Shown here: positions 14,552-28,700 of the stretch, in pieces | Layout of the letters: every line of letters begins with the position of its first letter | Position numbering within the stretch: position 1 is the stretch's first letter | From: Paragordius varius | Lineage: Eukaryota > Animalia > Nematomorpha | Assembly (NCBI GenBank): GCA_964247055.1 | Contig: OZ176051.1 | Span: 3,472,001 to 3,536,000 of the forward strand | DNA length: 64,000 bases | Reading direction: 5' to 3' | Notes under the pieces: model-generated | Told to the model about the DNA's origin: nothing | What the model saw: the letters and a program-made list of their open reading frames with translations, nothing else | Databases searched by the model: none | Translations under genes and position numbers: made by a program

Positions 14552-15540
14552 ATATTAGTATATGTACAAGGAATATAATATAATATAATGGATTATAATT
14601 TTATTTATTAAATAATAACGATAAATGCAGAGATCAATAATTTTTATTTTCATGCGATTATTAATTTTTTTGAGACAATGTTCCATTTTGAAGTATTAGC
14701 ATTAAAAAACTATATGAATTTATACCGGAAACATTTTGGCTTACTTTTTTTATTATCCTGTACTAGAATCCAAAATTATATTAGGTACAAGAGAAAAGGT
14801 AATTTTAAAGTTTCTAACCAATACATATGGAATCAATATTTTACCTTTAAAATCAATAAAATTATAAATAGCAGACACAAATTGGTTATTTCTAAGAAAC
14901 ACAATTCCTTTAGAATTTAGTATTGATTGAGAATCAATTATGGTGTTTTAAGGGATCATTTATCAATATTCAGTAAGTTTTAAAAATTTGATAATTTCAA
15001 AATTTGGATACCATTATGTATATATGCCAGAGGTTTAATACTTTTTTAATATATGTTCAAAAATAAGTAAACCTAAGATTGCGAAATTTCCTACAATTTA
15101 AACTTTATTTTATATTAATGGTAATAACCAAAATTAGAAGGATACAGAAAGTAAAATTCCCTCAAAAGTGCTTATTAATAATTTTTTATTAGATAACTGG
15201 AATATTTTGTCGTATGGTATAAAAATATTGACTTCCAATATATAAGGTAAAATGATAAAAAATATTTTTCTGGTGAATGTCTTTAAAAACGACATTTTAG
15301 TAATTAAAAACGTTTCATCTTCGAACTTCAATACCACTTTGTCAATTCTAATCCTCTTAGAAAGAAAATTTCAAAAATCTACTAAAACAAATTCGCATAC
15401 CCAAAGACACGATTGTAAGAAATTTTATTTTTTGGAAGTAGTTTTTTTTCCGGAGATTATGCCTAAACCTGGCTGCTAAAAAATGGGTTAAGTTTAATTG
15501 GAATATGCTTAAATAAAACTATGTGCGAAATGTTATCAAA

Positions 15541-15660
15541 AATTTTTTCATTAGATAGCTTATAACTAATGAATTCAGTTGCCGCAAAAATTTTTATCTG
15601 CTGACAACCTACTTTGGAAATATTGAGGGAAAATCGAAATTGGGCAAAAAGTAAAAATTA
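15541..15660. repeat. Dispersed repeat, inverted partner of 17962-18080
   Basis: TTTTTTCAT..GATAGCTTATAAC..A.GAAT...ACCTA...AATATTGA...AATTGGGCAAAAA is found reverse-complemented at 17962-18080. Confidence 0.6.
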
Positions 15661-15847
15661 GAATAATTAATAATAATATAATTTAAGATATTAAGATTTA
15701 TTATCATTTTATCAAATATTTACAATTTATAATTAGCTTGAAATCATAAATTAGGGTTTTTATTAAAAGGATCAAGTAATCATGTTTACCTTTAACATAT
15801 ATAACATTCCAAAAAATTTTAAAACTATATTAAAGTAATTTTTTTTA

Positions 15848-16350
15848 ATTATTTACTAGCTGAACTCAATATTAGAATCTTAACAATAATATTTTATACA
15901 AGCAATATAAAATTAAAAAAATGTTTTTTTATTTTTTCTTGTCATCTGTTTATGAGTGTATAATAGATTTAATGTTTTATTTTACTTACATGAGCGGAAA
16001 TTACTAATTAAATAGATTAATACAAAATAGGATTTACAAGTAATGGAATATCAAACAACAATCCGTACAAATCTCAGTAAAAGGTTTGTTTTAACACAAA
16101 TTCATATTTTTACTGGTATTTTTACAGATTTTTGGTTGATATTTACTTGTAAATCCTATGTATTAATTTATTTACTTTAAAATCCCCGCTCATGTGAGAT
16201 TTTTTGAAAAAAGTAAAATTATTATACACTCATAAACCAGATGACAAAAAATGATAACTAAAAACAAAATTTTATTTTCACATATAGTTATTTTTACTGT
16301 GTAAAATATGAATGCTAAGATTTTAATAGTGAGTTTAGCTAGTAAATAAT
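15848..16350. mobile_element. Foldback/MITE with inverted arms of about 200 bp
   Basis: Left arm ATTATTTACTAGCTGAACTCAATATT...GTCATCTGTTTATGAGTGTATAAT...ACATGAGCGG...TAGGATTTACAAGTAA is mirrored on the right by TTACTTGTAAATCCTA...CCGCTCATGT...ATTATACACTCATAAACCAGATGAC...GAGTTTAGCTAGTAAATAAT. Confidence 0.75.
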
Positions 16351-16378
16351 GAAAAAAAATATTTTATATTTTCACAAA

Positions 16379-17805
16379 TCTAATATTTATAAAAATGGAA
16401 AATGCTGGCTTTGTGATCTCTTTCCGGCCGGTAGACCCATTTAAATCCAAACATCAAAAAAATATAATCATTAATAAATGTCCCGACAATAGCCTTGCCC
16501 TTTTTTGGAATTAGGTTCCCAGTTCGGTCCCACCCCGTGTGAAAAACGGGTTTTTTTGTAAACAAAAGTCAACAAAAATCGTGTCTTTGAGACAATTTTC
16601 TGGAGAACGTGTTGGACCATTCAATTTCAAATATGATTTTTGTTTACTTATTTTTGATCGCGCCGAACATAGTCGTCTCACTTTTTTAATTTAGGCACTC
16701 TTTTTACCCGCTCTCCCTGTAAAGCCCACAAAAATAATTTTTTGAATCTATTTTGCGCCAAAGGTATGAGACCATAAAAATTCAATAAGGATTCCAGGGA
16801 TTCCCTGTTAAAAGGCAAAAATTTTAGTCAAGCGTTTCTTTGATGATAGCTGCTGAGTAAGGAGCTACCCGCGAAAAAGTGACCCGTCATATCGAAATAG
16901 CTTGCTTTTGGGGCTAAATTTCAGAAACCTATCAGGCCATATGAGTTTAATAGTTGCTTAAAGTATAACCCGTAAAAAAATTTAGATGGTGCGGGTTTTT
17001 AAAATTATACGTTAATTAAGCCCTTCACGCCCTGATAAATGCGCCACCATAGAATGATTTTTTAATTTTGAGGCAATTTTTCCAAAATATAATTAGAGCA
17101 TATGGAATCAATCATGATTCCAGGTATTATCCGTATAAAGGAAAAAATTTTAATCAGGCGCTTTTTTTGTATCAGCCTCTGGGAAGGGAGCTACCCGCTA
17201 AATAATGCACCACTATATGAAAATTACATTCTAAAGAAAACTTATGCCATATGAGCTCATTTAAAGTTCGAATACCTGTAACTAGGTAAAAATTAAGGTC
17301 ATGCCTTTTTTATTAGCCGTTAATTTGAGGCCTTTATGCCCTAATACGCCATCATATAACGATTATTTAGTTTTGAGGTATTTTTTCGAATAATCCATGA
17401 GACGATGGTCTCAGCGCTTTTTCCATATGGGCTTATGGGTAGGGGTCTACCGGTTTAAAACTGAGATGCCATACAAAAATGGCGTGGCTTTGTAGATAAT
17501 TTTCAAAAAACTTAAGAAGTCATACGAGTTCAATTAAGGCTTTAAATATTAAGCATAAAAAGGTAAAAATTATAGTATAGCGGTTTTTTCCGTTAGCCGT
17601 CAATTTGGGGTCTTTACACCAGTAAACAATATATTAGTATGAATCAATATTTAGAAAATTCTATGACATCATAGCTATTAAATAATGTTTCGAAATAATC
17701 CACATATATGGATCATTTTATTGATCCCTTTTTGAAAATAGACCACCCCCCCCAGAAGTCCGAAGGACTTCATCGGGCTGCATAGCAGCACGAGATTTAC
17801 GCCAG
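16379..17805 (+). mobile_element. Non-autonomous Helitron, copy 1 (1427 bp)
   Basis: 5' end A|TCTAATATTTATAAAAATGG. A 3' hairpin GAAGTCC-GAA-GGACTTC (17755-17771) is followed by ...GATTTACGCCAG|T. No TSD; A/T flanks. Colinear with the copies at 48392-50816 and 56971-58985. Confidence 0.82.
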
Positions 17806-18775
17806 TATTTTATTAAATATGTTAAAGGAAAAACACGATCATTTGATGTGAGTTTTAATAACCCTAATTATATGATTTATAGCTATTTATAAATTGTAAA
17901 TATCTGATAAAATGATAATAAATTATTATTCAAGTCTTACTGTTATTTTTTTTATTATCCTTAATTTTTAATTTTTGCCCAATTCGGATTTTTTTTCAAT
18001 ATTTTAAAAACTAGGTCGTCAAGAAATGAAAAATTTACGGGAAACAAATTCGTTGGTTATAAGCTATCATGAAAAAATTGTAGTTTAAAAATTGACCCCC
18101 TTTTTTTCACACACTGATATAAATGGTAACCAAGTGATTAACCAACATTTACATTTTTCGTAATGTATATTGTAAATAAATATATATTCGCAACTACTGT
18201 CTCTAGCAAATTTATTAACATCTTATAATTTTATAAATACGTTGTGGTAATTATGAATTCAGGAGGTTTTTAAATAAATAATATGCTCTCTGCTACCAAT
18301 ATGTTTTAAGACACCATTACTCAATGGTGGAACTAGCTTAACACGGGTGTCATTTATTTTCGGCTAAGCAATTTTATATTTATTATTTGTTTACAATGTA
18401 TTACTTTAAAGTTACCTCTACCCATGCAAATCGAGTAATAGTATAAATTAGAGTTTAGTTTTGATTTAAAGCGGATAAAACCTTTACGAAACCTATCTTT
18501 TTTTCTAGGATGCAATAAATTTTGCTATGATGATAGGTGTTGAACATAGACAAATATTAGTAAACCGTTTTATTATTATTAATAGGCTGTTTCCAGATAT
18601 ATCTATCGTTTTGGTTAGACATGTCCATTTTCTTTTTTAAAAATTTAGTTAATGGTTTGGTACCATGAATAATTACACATATTATTTAATTTGACAATAA
18701 TAATTAGTTTTTTCGTACACCCTTAATCATCATCTTATTAATTGTGGATTAAATTTATTATATTACGCTCATTAA

Positions 18776-19357
18776 CACTTGGATACAACACACTCATTTT
18801 AGTCCTTCGATTCAAATTGGGGTAGTTGGATACCCCAGGCCTGTTTAAAATCAAATACTTTAAAAAGTATGGAAGCAATCCAAACCATGGCAAAATTTTG
18901 CACTTATATAACATTAATAAACCGAAATATGTAAAAAATTTTATTCTAAAATACTTGATATTAGTTATATTGAGCTAAAACTGAAAGGTAAAAATTTGGT
19001 CAAGGTGACATGTGTCAAATTGTAAAATTAAAAAATAATACAAAATAAACCGCTTTTTCTATTTCTATCAATGTTAGATGTGATTTATATAAAAAATAAG
19101 CTTTAGTTTTACCCTTAAAATTAAATGAAGACGATATTTTGCAAAATTTTTGTAAAATAAAAATGGCGTCGAAGTAGTTTGAGATGGAACTTTTTTTTCA
19201 AAACAAAATTTTATCAAGATATTTTGGCATATTTATATAATATTTATCAGGATAGAAGCATAAATTTAAATTGGGACCGTTTCCTTCAGTAGTTTTTTAA
19301 AAATTTTAATATAAATTTAGTCTGGGGTATTTAGATACCCCAATTTGAATCGAAGTG
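18776..19357 (+). mobile_element. TTAA-flanked piggyBac-like MITE, copy A
   Basis: TTAA|CACTT...AAGTG|TTAA. The internal inverted repeat CGATTCAAATTGGGGTA..ATACCCCAG is directly terminal at one end and offset by 27 nt at the other. Confidence 0.8.
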
Positions 19358-19487
19358 TTAAATCATATATAAAATATCATAAGCACGGTACTGTGAAACC
19401 AATATTTTAAATCTTTATAATGTAAAAATAATTTATAAACAATATCTAATGCAATTTGCAATATTAATAATCCATTACAAGCATATA

Positions 19488-22400
19488 TCACACTTTAGAA
19501 TCCGTAATATAATTTGGAAGAGTATTTTCGCCTGAATCTACATCCACACCTATAGTTTTTTTAAAGCTGGAGACACTTGGAAGTTGAGCAAATTTATTAT
19601 TTATCATAGCATAATTTTCTTCAGGTTCCACGGCGTTTTTCCATTTCTACATACATGAAAACAAAAAAATCATTAAATAGTTTTATCTGTTAATAGAATG
19701 AAACTTTAAAAAGTAACATTTACAATGATTTATAAAATTTTAGACTATTTAAAACACATGTAAATTAAACCTGATAACAAGTGGTACCCGGGGACAGAAC
19801 AAATTTGTAAATGGCCAGAATAGGAATAAAACCCGCTGTAATGAATGTTAGGATTCCCCCAAACACATGAGACCACAATGGAAAATGTCTATCACCATTT
19901 TTAATAATATTGCCTTGCGACATTTGATAAACGGAAAAAATGCCGATGGACTAAAAAACACGGTTTTAATTTAATAATTAAATAATATTTCCTAAAACCT
20001 AAATGATTAATTATATCATCTAATAATTTAATTTCAAATGATCAATCAAAAATAAGTTAAAAAAAATCAAAAATTAATTACGAATAGGACAAGAGGGCAA
20101 ATTACAATCCACGACACTTTCCAATAAAATTGATTTGACAATTTTTTCCCAATCATAATTTCGATATCGCTTACAAAATTTTTGTAACCTAAGGATATAA
20201 AATTACACATTTTTCATAGAATATTTTATCATACATTTCACATTTAATAATTATAAATTTAGGAAGGTTTATTAATTTCCCTCCATTTATATCCCCCATT
20301 TATAATGAAAATACCCATTAAATTTTGGAGGTAACTTATTTTATCTAAGCTATAAACGGATAAAACGAAAAAAACCTGATAAAATATTTAATTAAAAGCA
20401 ATAGAAATATAAAGGCCCTAAAAAACTTATGCGTGAATATAGTAGGTTTCGTTTTTTTACATCTATAAAATTTGCTTACATATATTCAAAAAATTTTTGA
20501 TGGTAAATAGTTCTTTAAATATAAAAATTTTGCATAATTATAAGTATGTAGGTTATTTATATGATGGTCTAAAAGTTTAGGCATCTAGAAGATTGCATTA
20601 ACTATAAAAGTTACCATAAAGCCAAATGATTGCTATGACTTCGAAGCCTCCAATGAAGACAAGACTGAAATCGGCAACATAACTATTGATAATTTCCAAC
20701 AAGTAAAATCCACCCTAGAAAAAATTTGTTCTATAGTTTATTAATTTAATTAAGAGCGAATGAGTTTATAAGCAACAAGAAGAAAACATAAAAAATCATA
20801 TTTATATGCAGTAAATTACATTATGTACATTTATGCTCGCTTATTTACATTATTGTTTATCAATCAGAAACACAGTAGTGTATGGATAAAACAACAAAAT
20901 TTGGAGTTTAAACATTGGTCAACAATAATGTGAATAGGTCAGCATAAATATGCGTACTATGAATAATTACTCTTTACTGTAAATACTATCTGACAATATA
21001 AAAAATCAGCAATGTAATCATTTATAATAACTTTAAGGCATAAACATTTCTTAATTTCTAAATATATTTATTAATTTATATACCTCAGTAACTAAGGTAA
21101 GGCCCAACAAGAAAAATAAGATACACATCCCTAAGCAAACGTAAGATTTATGTTTCCAAGGAAAGAGTTTTGGAAATGTGTCATGTAAACCACAGAGAAC
21201 GACTTCAATAGCGGCAACTATGCTATCCAACCCAAGGCTATACAGTGTCAAGAAAAATAAAATGGTCCATATCTGTGGGAAGGGTAGACTGGCTAATGCT
21301 TGAGGATAAACTACAAACACTAAACCGGCGCCTGTAATTTAAAATACAAACACTAAACCGGCACCTGTGTTAAATATTTAAATTAATGAGAAAATTTTAA
21401 AAATAAATTATGGTTATATTTTAAGATAATTAACAAACAATTTGCTTTATAAACGGCATTCCCATTAGCATTATATGCAATGTTTTAAAAAGACATACAA
21501 TATATTTTCAATAATATCTTAACTTTTTTAATGAACTTATATAAATAATTCATGTATATTTATTTTACAAATAGAATCATCTTTTTTTAATTTTAACGAA
21601 AATTTTTTAATCGCTTTAGGGTAATAGATGTTGCAAAAATTATTTAATTATTAATTTAATATTTTGCCTAGAAAAAAAATGCTTTTACCACGTTGTAAAT
21701 TTTTTTATCTTCAAATCCAATAAAATAAAAATGATACCAGATTTGGATGCCACTTGATCCATGGGTATTGATGTGGTATAAGACATGAATCCCAGAACAG
21801 AAAATATAACTATCCCAGATAAAAGACTCGTGACAGTGTCCATAATGCTTATTATCAAAGTATCCCTGTAACAATTGTTGTGAAATGAATTAAAGCTTGA
21901 GAATGCAATGACTCCACCAAGCGTAACGCTCAATGAAAAAAACATTTGTGAACATGCCTCTTGCCATACCTATAAAAAATCATGGATTACGATAAAAAAT
22001 TTATCTGTCAAAAAATAATTGCGAATAATTAAAAATAACCCAATATAGATAAATAACAATTTGCAAATGAATAGTAACTTATTATATTTAATAGGAGTTT
22101 ATTCAATTATTATACTTTAATATGTGTCAACCGTTCCCACTGAGGTTTAAACAAATACAAAAGGCCCTTGGATGCACCTTGTAACGTTACACCGCGAACC
22201 ATCAAAATAAAGAGTAAAACATACGGCAAAGATACTGTAAGATATATGACCTGAAATAAGCAATATATTTAGTTTATATTTTATAATTTCAATATGAAAT
22301 ATATTTTAATCGTGCTAAATGACAAACCTTTCCGGCAGATTTTATGCCTTTGCACAAACAAGCATATGTAATTGCCCAAGAAATAAATAGAAATATACAG

Positions 22401-24383
22401 AGATCCCATTTAATATTTTTGATTCCGTACAGATGATCAGATTTCCCCAAAACACCAAAACTAAAAAATATTTGGCAAAAATTAGTATTTAAACAATAAG
22501 TTGAAAAAAAAGTTTTAATAAGTGATAAAAATTTATTACATACTCCCAGTATTCCTGAAAAGATGAGCTTGTGTTTGCAACAAATTGGGTCGAATTGCTA
22601 CCATTAAAAGCGCTGAGTGTGAAGCAGTTTTTTGTATTAAATGTCTGCATGACAAAATCATAATAATAAATCGATTTTAGAGCCATTAATTGAATATTCA
22701 AATGTCACGATTAATATACATTGCTAGCTTTTGACAAGATAGAATTTACAGAAAAGAGCAAAACAAAAATATTGACTAAAGTCGGTGAATTGAAAAAAAT
22801 ATACTGATATTTCTTGTTAATATTAACGCTATCCGGCAATTTTTAATAAAAAAACGCGCAATGAATTATTAATCATAGCATTTGTTGCAATTAGATTTTT
22901 TTGATGTTTACACATATATATGAAATTAAAACGGTATGTTATTATAAATTAAGCAATTCCTCTCAATATATTTGGATTGTCTCTTTAAAAAATGATTTAT
23001 GTTATGTTACAAATAAAATGATGAAAATACATTGTTACAATGGGTCCAGGGCAGTGTTGATTGAAAGGAAGCATATGTGAAGTAAAGAGTGTAAGCCATC
23101 AAAACATTGTAGAATACGCTAATGAAAAATGAGATTCCCGTCATGGCAGCACCGACACCTTTTAAAAATATATTTCGATATAAACTTTCCAAATTTTTAA
23201 ATTTGTTTCAAAACATTTAACGAATAAGAACCTTTTCATTGGTGCGAATGGCATATGAATATCTGGCTCGTAAAAATTATTTAATAGATTTGAAAAATAA
23301 AACAGTTTCTTGCAAAGTTATTGTGTAAATTATTGAAAGATATGTTGACTACTAAATTATTTAATTTATTAGTCAGGGCGTGGTATCTTCCTATGATCCC
23401 ACCAATATATTGCTGGAAACCACGTCAATTTTTTTAGCTGTTTAAATGGTTATATATTTTGATTAAGTCATTATACATGAACTTTATCATCCGTAAAATA
23501 TTCGACATTTGCCCAAGCTTTGTAAGAATATGTTACCCTTTTGTTTTGTTAAATATGGTTTCTGATTATTTTGACATTAATGTATGCATGAGTAACCACT
23601 AATAAGATTTCCCTCACACATTAAAAATAAAAATATGAAACAGTTAAAATTTAAGTTTGCCACTTACAATATAGGATCTCTCAAATCGACTTAGATGTAA
23701 ACACCGTATACTCTCTCAAAAACATTTTATTTTTTGTTTAAAATAGAAAGTATAATTTATAAAATTGATGTATGGATTGTTCAAAATCAACGCAATAATA
23801 AGACCCAACTGTTTAATTATGAACAATAAACATCTCCAAACAAACCACCATTTCACACCATATTATAAATTATATAAATAAAAAAGTTAATTTTTTAACC
23901 AACTTACCAGCAGCAATCGGGCAAATCCGAAAAGCACCCGAGGGACCCAATTGTGTGAGTTGGCCAAGTGCCATCTCCAGCAAATATATCGGTTTTCCAA
24001 CCAATACTAACATCAATACGTAGGGGATAAGGTATGCACCTATTTGAACATATATTTCGTTGTAACGTTTAAATCGGTTGCATAAAAAAGGTTTTTTTTC
24101 TAATAAGGTAGAAAAATTGAAAAAATTTATATTATATTATAAAACACTTATTGGATAAAAAAAGTATACCTCCCCCATTGCTATAAACAACGTAAGGGAA
24201 TCTCCAAACATTACCGAAACCTACCGAGTAACCAATAGTTGAAAGAATAAACTCCAAATGATTAGACCATTCATCTCGTTTTTTTGTATCTGTCGTACTC
24301 TGTACCAATTCCAATGAATTTTTATCACCATTAATACTTTTTACTTGTTGAATGTTGGGTGCGATTTCAACTTCTTTATTCAT
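19488..24383 (-). CDS. SLC6 (neurotransmitter:sodium symporter family) transporter, amino-acid/nutrient type, 622 aa, 12 exons
   Basis: Exons: 24383-24170, 24039-23908, 23158-23031, 22644-22544, 22460-22328, 22250-22116, 21969-21738, 21331-21084, 20714-20615, 20188-20082, 19950-19771, 19646-19488 (TGA). Total 1869 nt, in frame. Motifs: [65 protein letters not shown]. No Asp in TM1, so not a monoamine transporter. Confidence 0.93.
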
Positions 24384-25775
24384 TTATAGTGTTACTTGTT
24401 GGGAATAGAGCGTTGTTTTATTCAAAGTTTTTCGTATTAATTTTAGTTTGAAAATTTTGTTTAACTGCAAAAATTGGCGAATAAAGATGATTCATTGATT
24501 AAAAATGTAAATGATTGATTTGGAAAAAATAAAATTTATGGTGTAGCCAAAATAATTACCGTCTGAATATTTGTAATATATTCAATTGTACCTTGAACGA
24601 AAAATGGATGGTATAGACGATTGATTAACCAAAATAATAATATTTTTATACCTTGTTGGTATATGATAAATTTGAAAAAAAAAATATATTTTTGTTTTTA
24701 ATAAATTATCGAATATATAAATATAATTACTTTTTTATGATAGTTATAAATAGCAAGCACTTTAAAGTATATTTAAATTTTATCAGAAAAAGAATGTACA
24801 TAAAAAATTATATTTAGTAAACTTTTTTGTCATGTCTAGAGACATAGAGAGATAGATGGATACCTTTACAAAAATAAAGACGAAAAAATGTTGTTTTTTA
24901 TAAATATCAATTTTTTGTCTAAATGTTAAAATTATTACGATTGCATCATCATCAAAATGCCTATGGCCATTAACAATAAAAAGGTGATTTATAATATATA
25001 AGGTTTCAAATAATAGATATAAGAATTCGGTTCAAATTATAAGATTTAACTTAAAAAATAAAATTTTAAATATCTTTATTTATTTATTTATTATAATTTA
25101 TTTATGGACAATTTTCCTGCCCTCAAGCCATGAAAAAGCAATACAAAAAAGTTAACATGCATAACTTTGAAATTTAATGTGCAAAATCATCAAAAAAATC
25201 AAATATTTAATTTATTGAATCATTCAATTTGTCACATAATTATATAATAATATACATAATACATAGTTGCATATTTATTTTGATAAATATTATATATATA
25301 GTTAATTTTGATTTAACAAAATAAACAGCGATTCCGTTAAAATATTAGGACAAATATCCTAAAAATGATTTTATAAAATTTTAATTCCTAGATAAATTTC
25401 AAAAATATCAAATTTTAGGGGTTTTTTTATAAATTATAAGAGTTTTTGTTAGCCGCTCTTAATATTCTTGGATAAAGTTGAGAATGATGATAATGAGATT
25501 ATATCATATTGAAAGTAATTTTGTTTTTGTGAAACCAAATTGGATTTTGTGTGGTGCATATTTAATTCATATTATTACATTAATTTTCAAATGCAGAGAT
25601 ACAATCATTCAATTACATTCATATTTTAGGGCCAAATTAAAAAATGTTTTTCCCATGTACTGAGAAAAATATTTTATTTATATTTTAACCTTTACACAAA
25701 TTACATAATATATTACAAATATAATTTATAGTAACTTCATAAATGTGGTGAACAAAAATCATGTTTAAGGTCTTT

Positions 25776-28700
25776 TTAGTTTATAGGAGTGTGTTTCCCA
25801 GTTTCAGGCAAAATTTTAACTTTGGAAAGAGAATCGGTATAACAAAGAGGTGCCTGGCCTCCTTTTTCATTTTCGCCCTCTTGTTGTGGAGGTGAAATGC
25901 TCCTTAAATTTCGTAAAATTTCATTCTCACCATCCACACGGGGTTCATTTTCATGAAATGGCGAAGCTTTGATAGAAGAATCATCACTTCTGTTATTTTC
26001 CGCTGATAAAATATAATTCGGAGACCAAATTTGTTCTTGGGCACTGGCCCAAAAACAATAAAGAAAAGCCCCAATAGCTAATACGGCAGATGCGAAAAGG
26101 AAGACATATGTCCAACCTTGAGATTGATACTATAATGATATAATAATTGTTTGTTTGAAGAAATATTTTTGTGAAAAAATTTTTTTATAACTTATGAAAA
26201 ATTATTTATTTATATATGAGCAAACCTTGAGCAAAAATGCAGACGTGATGGATGGACTAATTATCCCCGAAAGTGTTCCAAATGTATTTGATATACTCAT
26301 TATTATACCTGTGATGTAAAATAATATATTTATACACCATAAAAAATATGCATTAGGCACCTATATAGTTCTTTTAAGAATTCAAATATCATACAATATT
26401 AAAACTTCCATTACACGGTTACACAATGAGTGTTTTTTAAAAGTCTTTAAACTTAATTAAGGTATTTTAAATAATATATTTATATGTCGCGATTCAACAA
26501 ATATGAAAAAAAATTGGCGGCTAAAATTTTGAGACAAGGATTTTTTTACAATCTAACATTTTTTCCAAATATATTTCTTGTATAATGCGCCCCAAAAAGC
26601 CAAAATATGCTTATTTCAAATTTAGATCCCATATCACAATATTTTTCAGATATATTTTATCATGGATAAAGAAATCATCAAATATTAAGATAGTTTATAG
26701 AAATTTTTAAAAAAAAATACCCGCAAGCGGTGGGCTTAAATCAAGCGGATTAACCATGTAACCCGAATTGCCGAAACCCAAAAAACCGGCTATACAAGTT
26801 ATGAGAAATATTGCGATAACTAATTGAGTACGATTTTGAGGTGCATTTGCTATGCTGGGGATTGCATTTGTCCCATTTATATTGCAATCGAAAATGAGAG
26901 TATTATTATTATTCACTGGTATATTCATGCTTTGGGTTGATTGCTTGTTTTTCATCACGATCGATATAATGATCAAGAGTACTGAAGGGACGAATAAACC
27001 TAAATATTTGGGTTAGATTTAAATTACGTGTTATTTTATTAAAAATACGTGAAAATACGTTTTAAAATTCGATTTTTTTTTCCCAAACAATAAATATGTA
27101 AAATTGAAATGGAAATCACCTAAAGAGTTCATAATTTTTCGAATGCGAATAGTCTGCACTTTTTTCCTGGAGCGCAAAAAATCAGTAATTTGACCGCCTG
27201 ATAACATACATACCCACATGGCAATAAACGGTAGGGAGGATAATAACCCATTCTAAATTAAATATACCATTTGTACCTCAAATCACCCTTGAACATTTCA
27301 AATTTACTCTAAAATATAAGCGTTTTTTAACTTATATAAGACAGCATAAATATGCTCTATTTCTTTATGATATTCTGAATTTATATTAATTTTAAGCCAA
27401 ATTTCATTTCTTAAAAATATAAAAAAATAAAAGTAATTTTTGATATTCAAATACACCTAATTTATTTTAGGGTAAATTTTAATTCTTCAAGAGTGATTTG
27501 AGGTGTGTAAATGGTATATAATGGAATTCTAATACATATTTATCATAAAAAATTTGTTTACAAATAAAAAACGTACAGAGTATATATTGGTTAGTCCAAG
27601 CCCTTTTTTGTAATACGTGGGTATTTCTGTGATGAGTGTATACAAACCCCAAGTGTGGGAAACATTTGAAACTACAATGGCCCAGAAAGGGATGCTGGAT
27701 AGCATGGATATGAGTGGCACTGATCTCCAACTCTAGAAATAATATGTAAATAAAATTGCTGAAAAACAGATTTTGGAATTAATTGATTTTATAAAATCTC
27801 TCGAAAAATATTTAAAAAATGTTTTGTTAAGGGCTGGCTTTCATTTTCAATTTTACTTTTTATTTATATATTACTGGCAAAAAATATATGTTTATTATGC
27901 CACAAATTTATAACCATTTTAATTAATATATTTTAAACATAAAATGCTTAAAAATATTTCAAAACTTAAAGTTTCAATTAAATAAAGAGTGCTTATACCA
28001 TTTTCGATTTGGTGTCCATTAGTTCGCTTTGATGTGGAAATTTTTCTCTCACATAAAGCTTTTGATCTTCCGCCAAAGTCGGGTTATGCAACGGAGTTTC
28101 ATAAACAAATATGACCCATAAAACGAACCAAAGGCATCCAAGTAAGCCTGTTTAAAGAGATTAATATTTAATCATTGTTTTAGTCAATATTAAGTTTTAT
28201 TCCAGTCAAAAAATAATAAGTGGAATTTATACTACAATAGAAAATGAATGCTAAAATGAAATATGATTCATTTAGATTTAAATATTTGAGAAAAATTTAA
28301 ATTTTATAGCTTTTTAATAATTATGTCCCATACTTAAACCTGTTTTATAAGCAGTTATCATAAACCGGTCAGAAACCCTTATTATAGGTAATTAAGTTAA
28401 ATATATATTTACCAGTCACGTAAAATATTGAGGGCCAACCTCCATCAAATCCATATCTGGCCAAATATCCGCTAAGAGGCATTGAAACAATCGTGCCTAA
28501 AGGAATGCCTAAAACAAAATAAAAATCATGTATGTAACTTAGGAATGTGTAACTTTTTAAAAATTATTTTTCAGAAAAAATAATTTTAAACTTTTAGTGT
28601 TTGATAAAATTGTTATTTATAAAATAATTACCAGAATATATTAGTGTTGTCAATTTGGTTTTTTGCATGGGAGTTGCCCATTTAGAAATTAAGTTATGCG

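Noticed and set aside
16380-16565. Similar short ORFs at 16380-16565, 50571-50913 and 58229-58462 suggesting a gene family
   Set aside because: They are chance translations of Helitron copies, and the frames are not preserved between copies.
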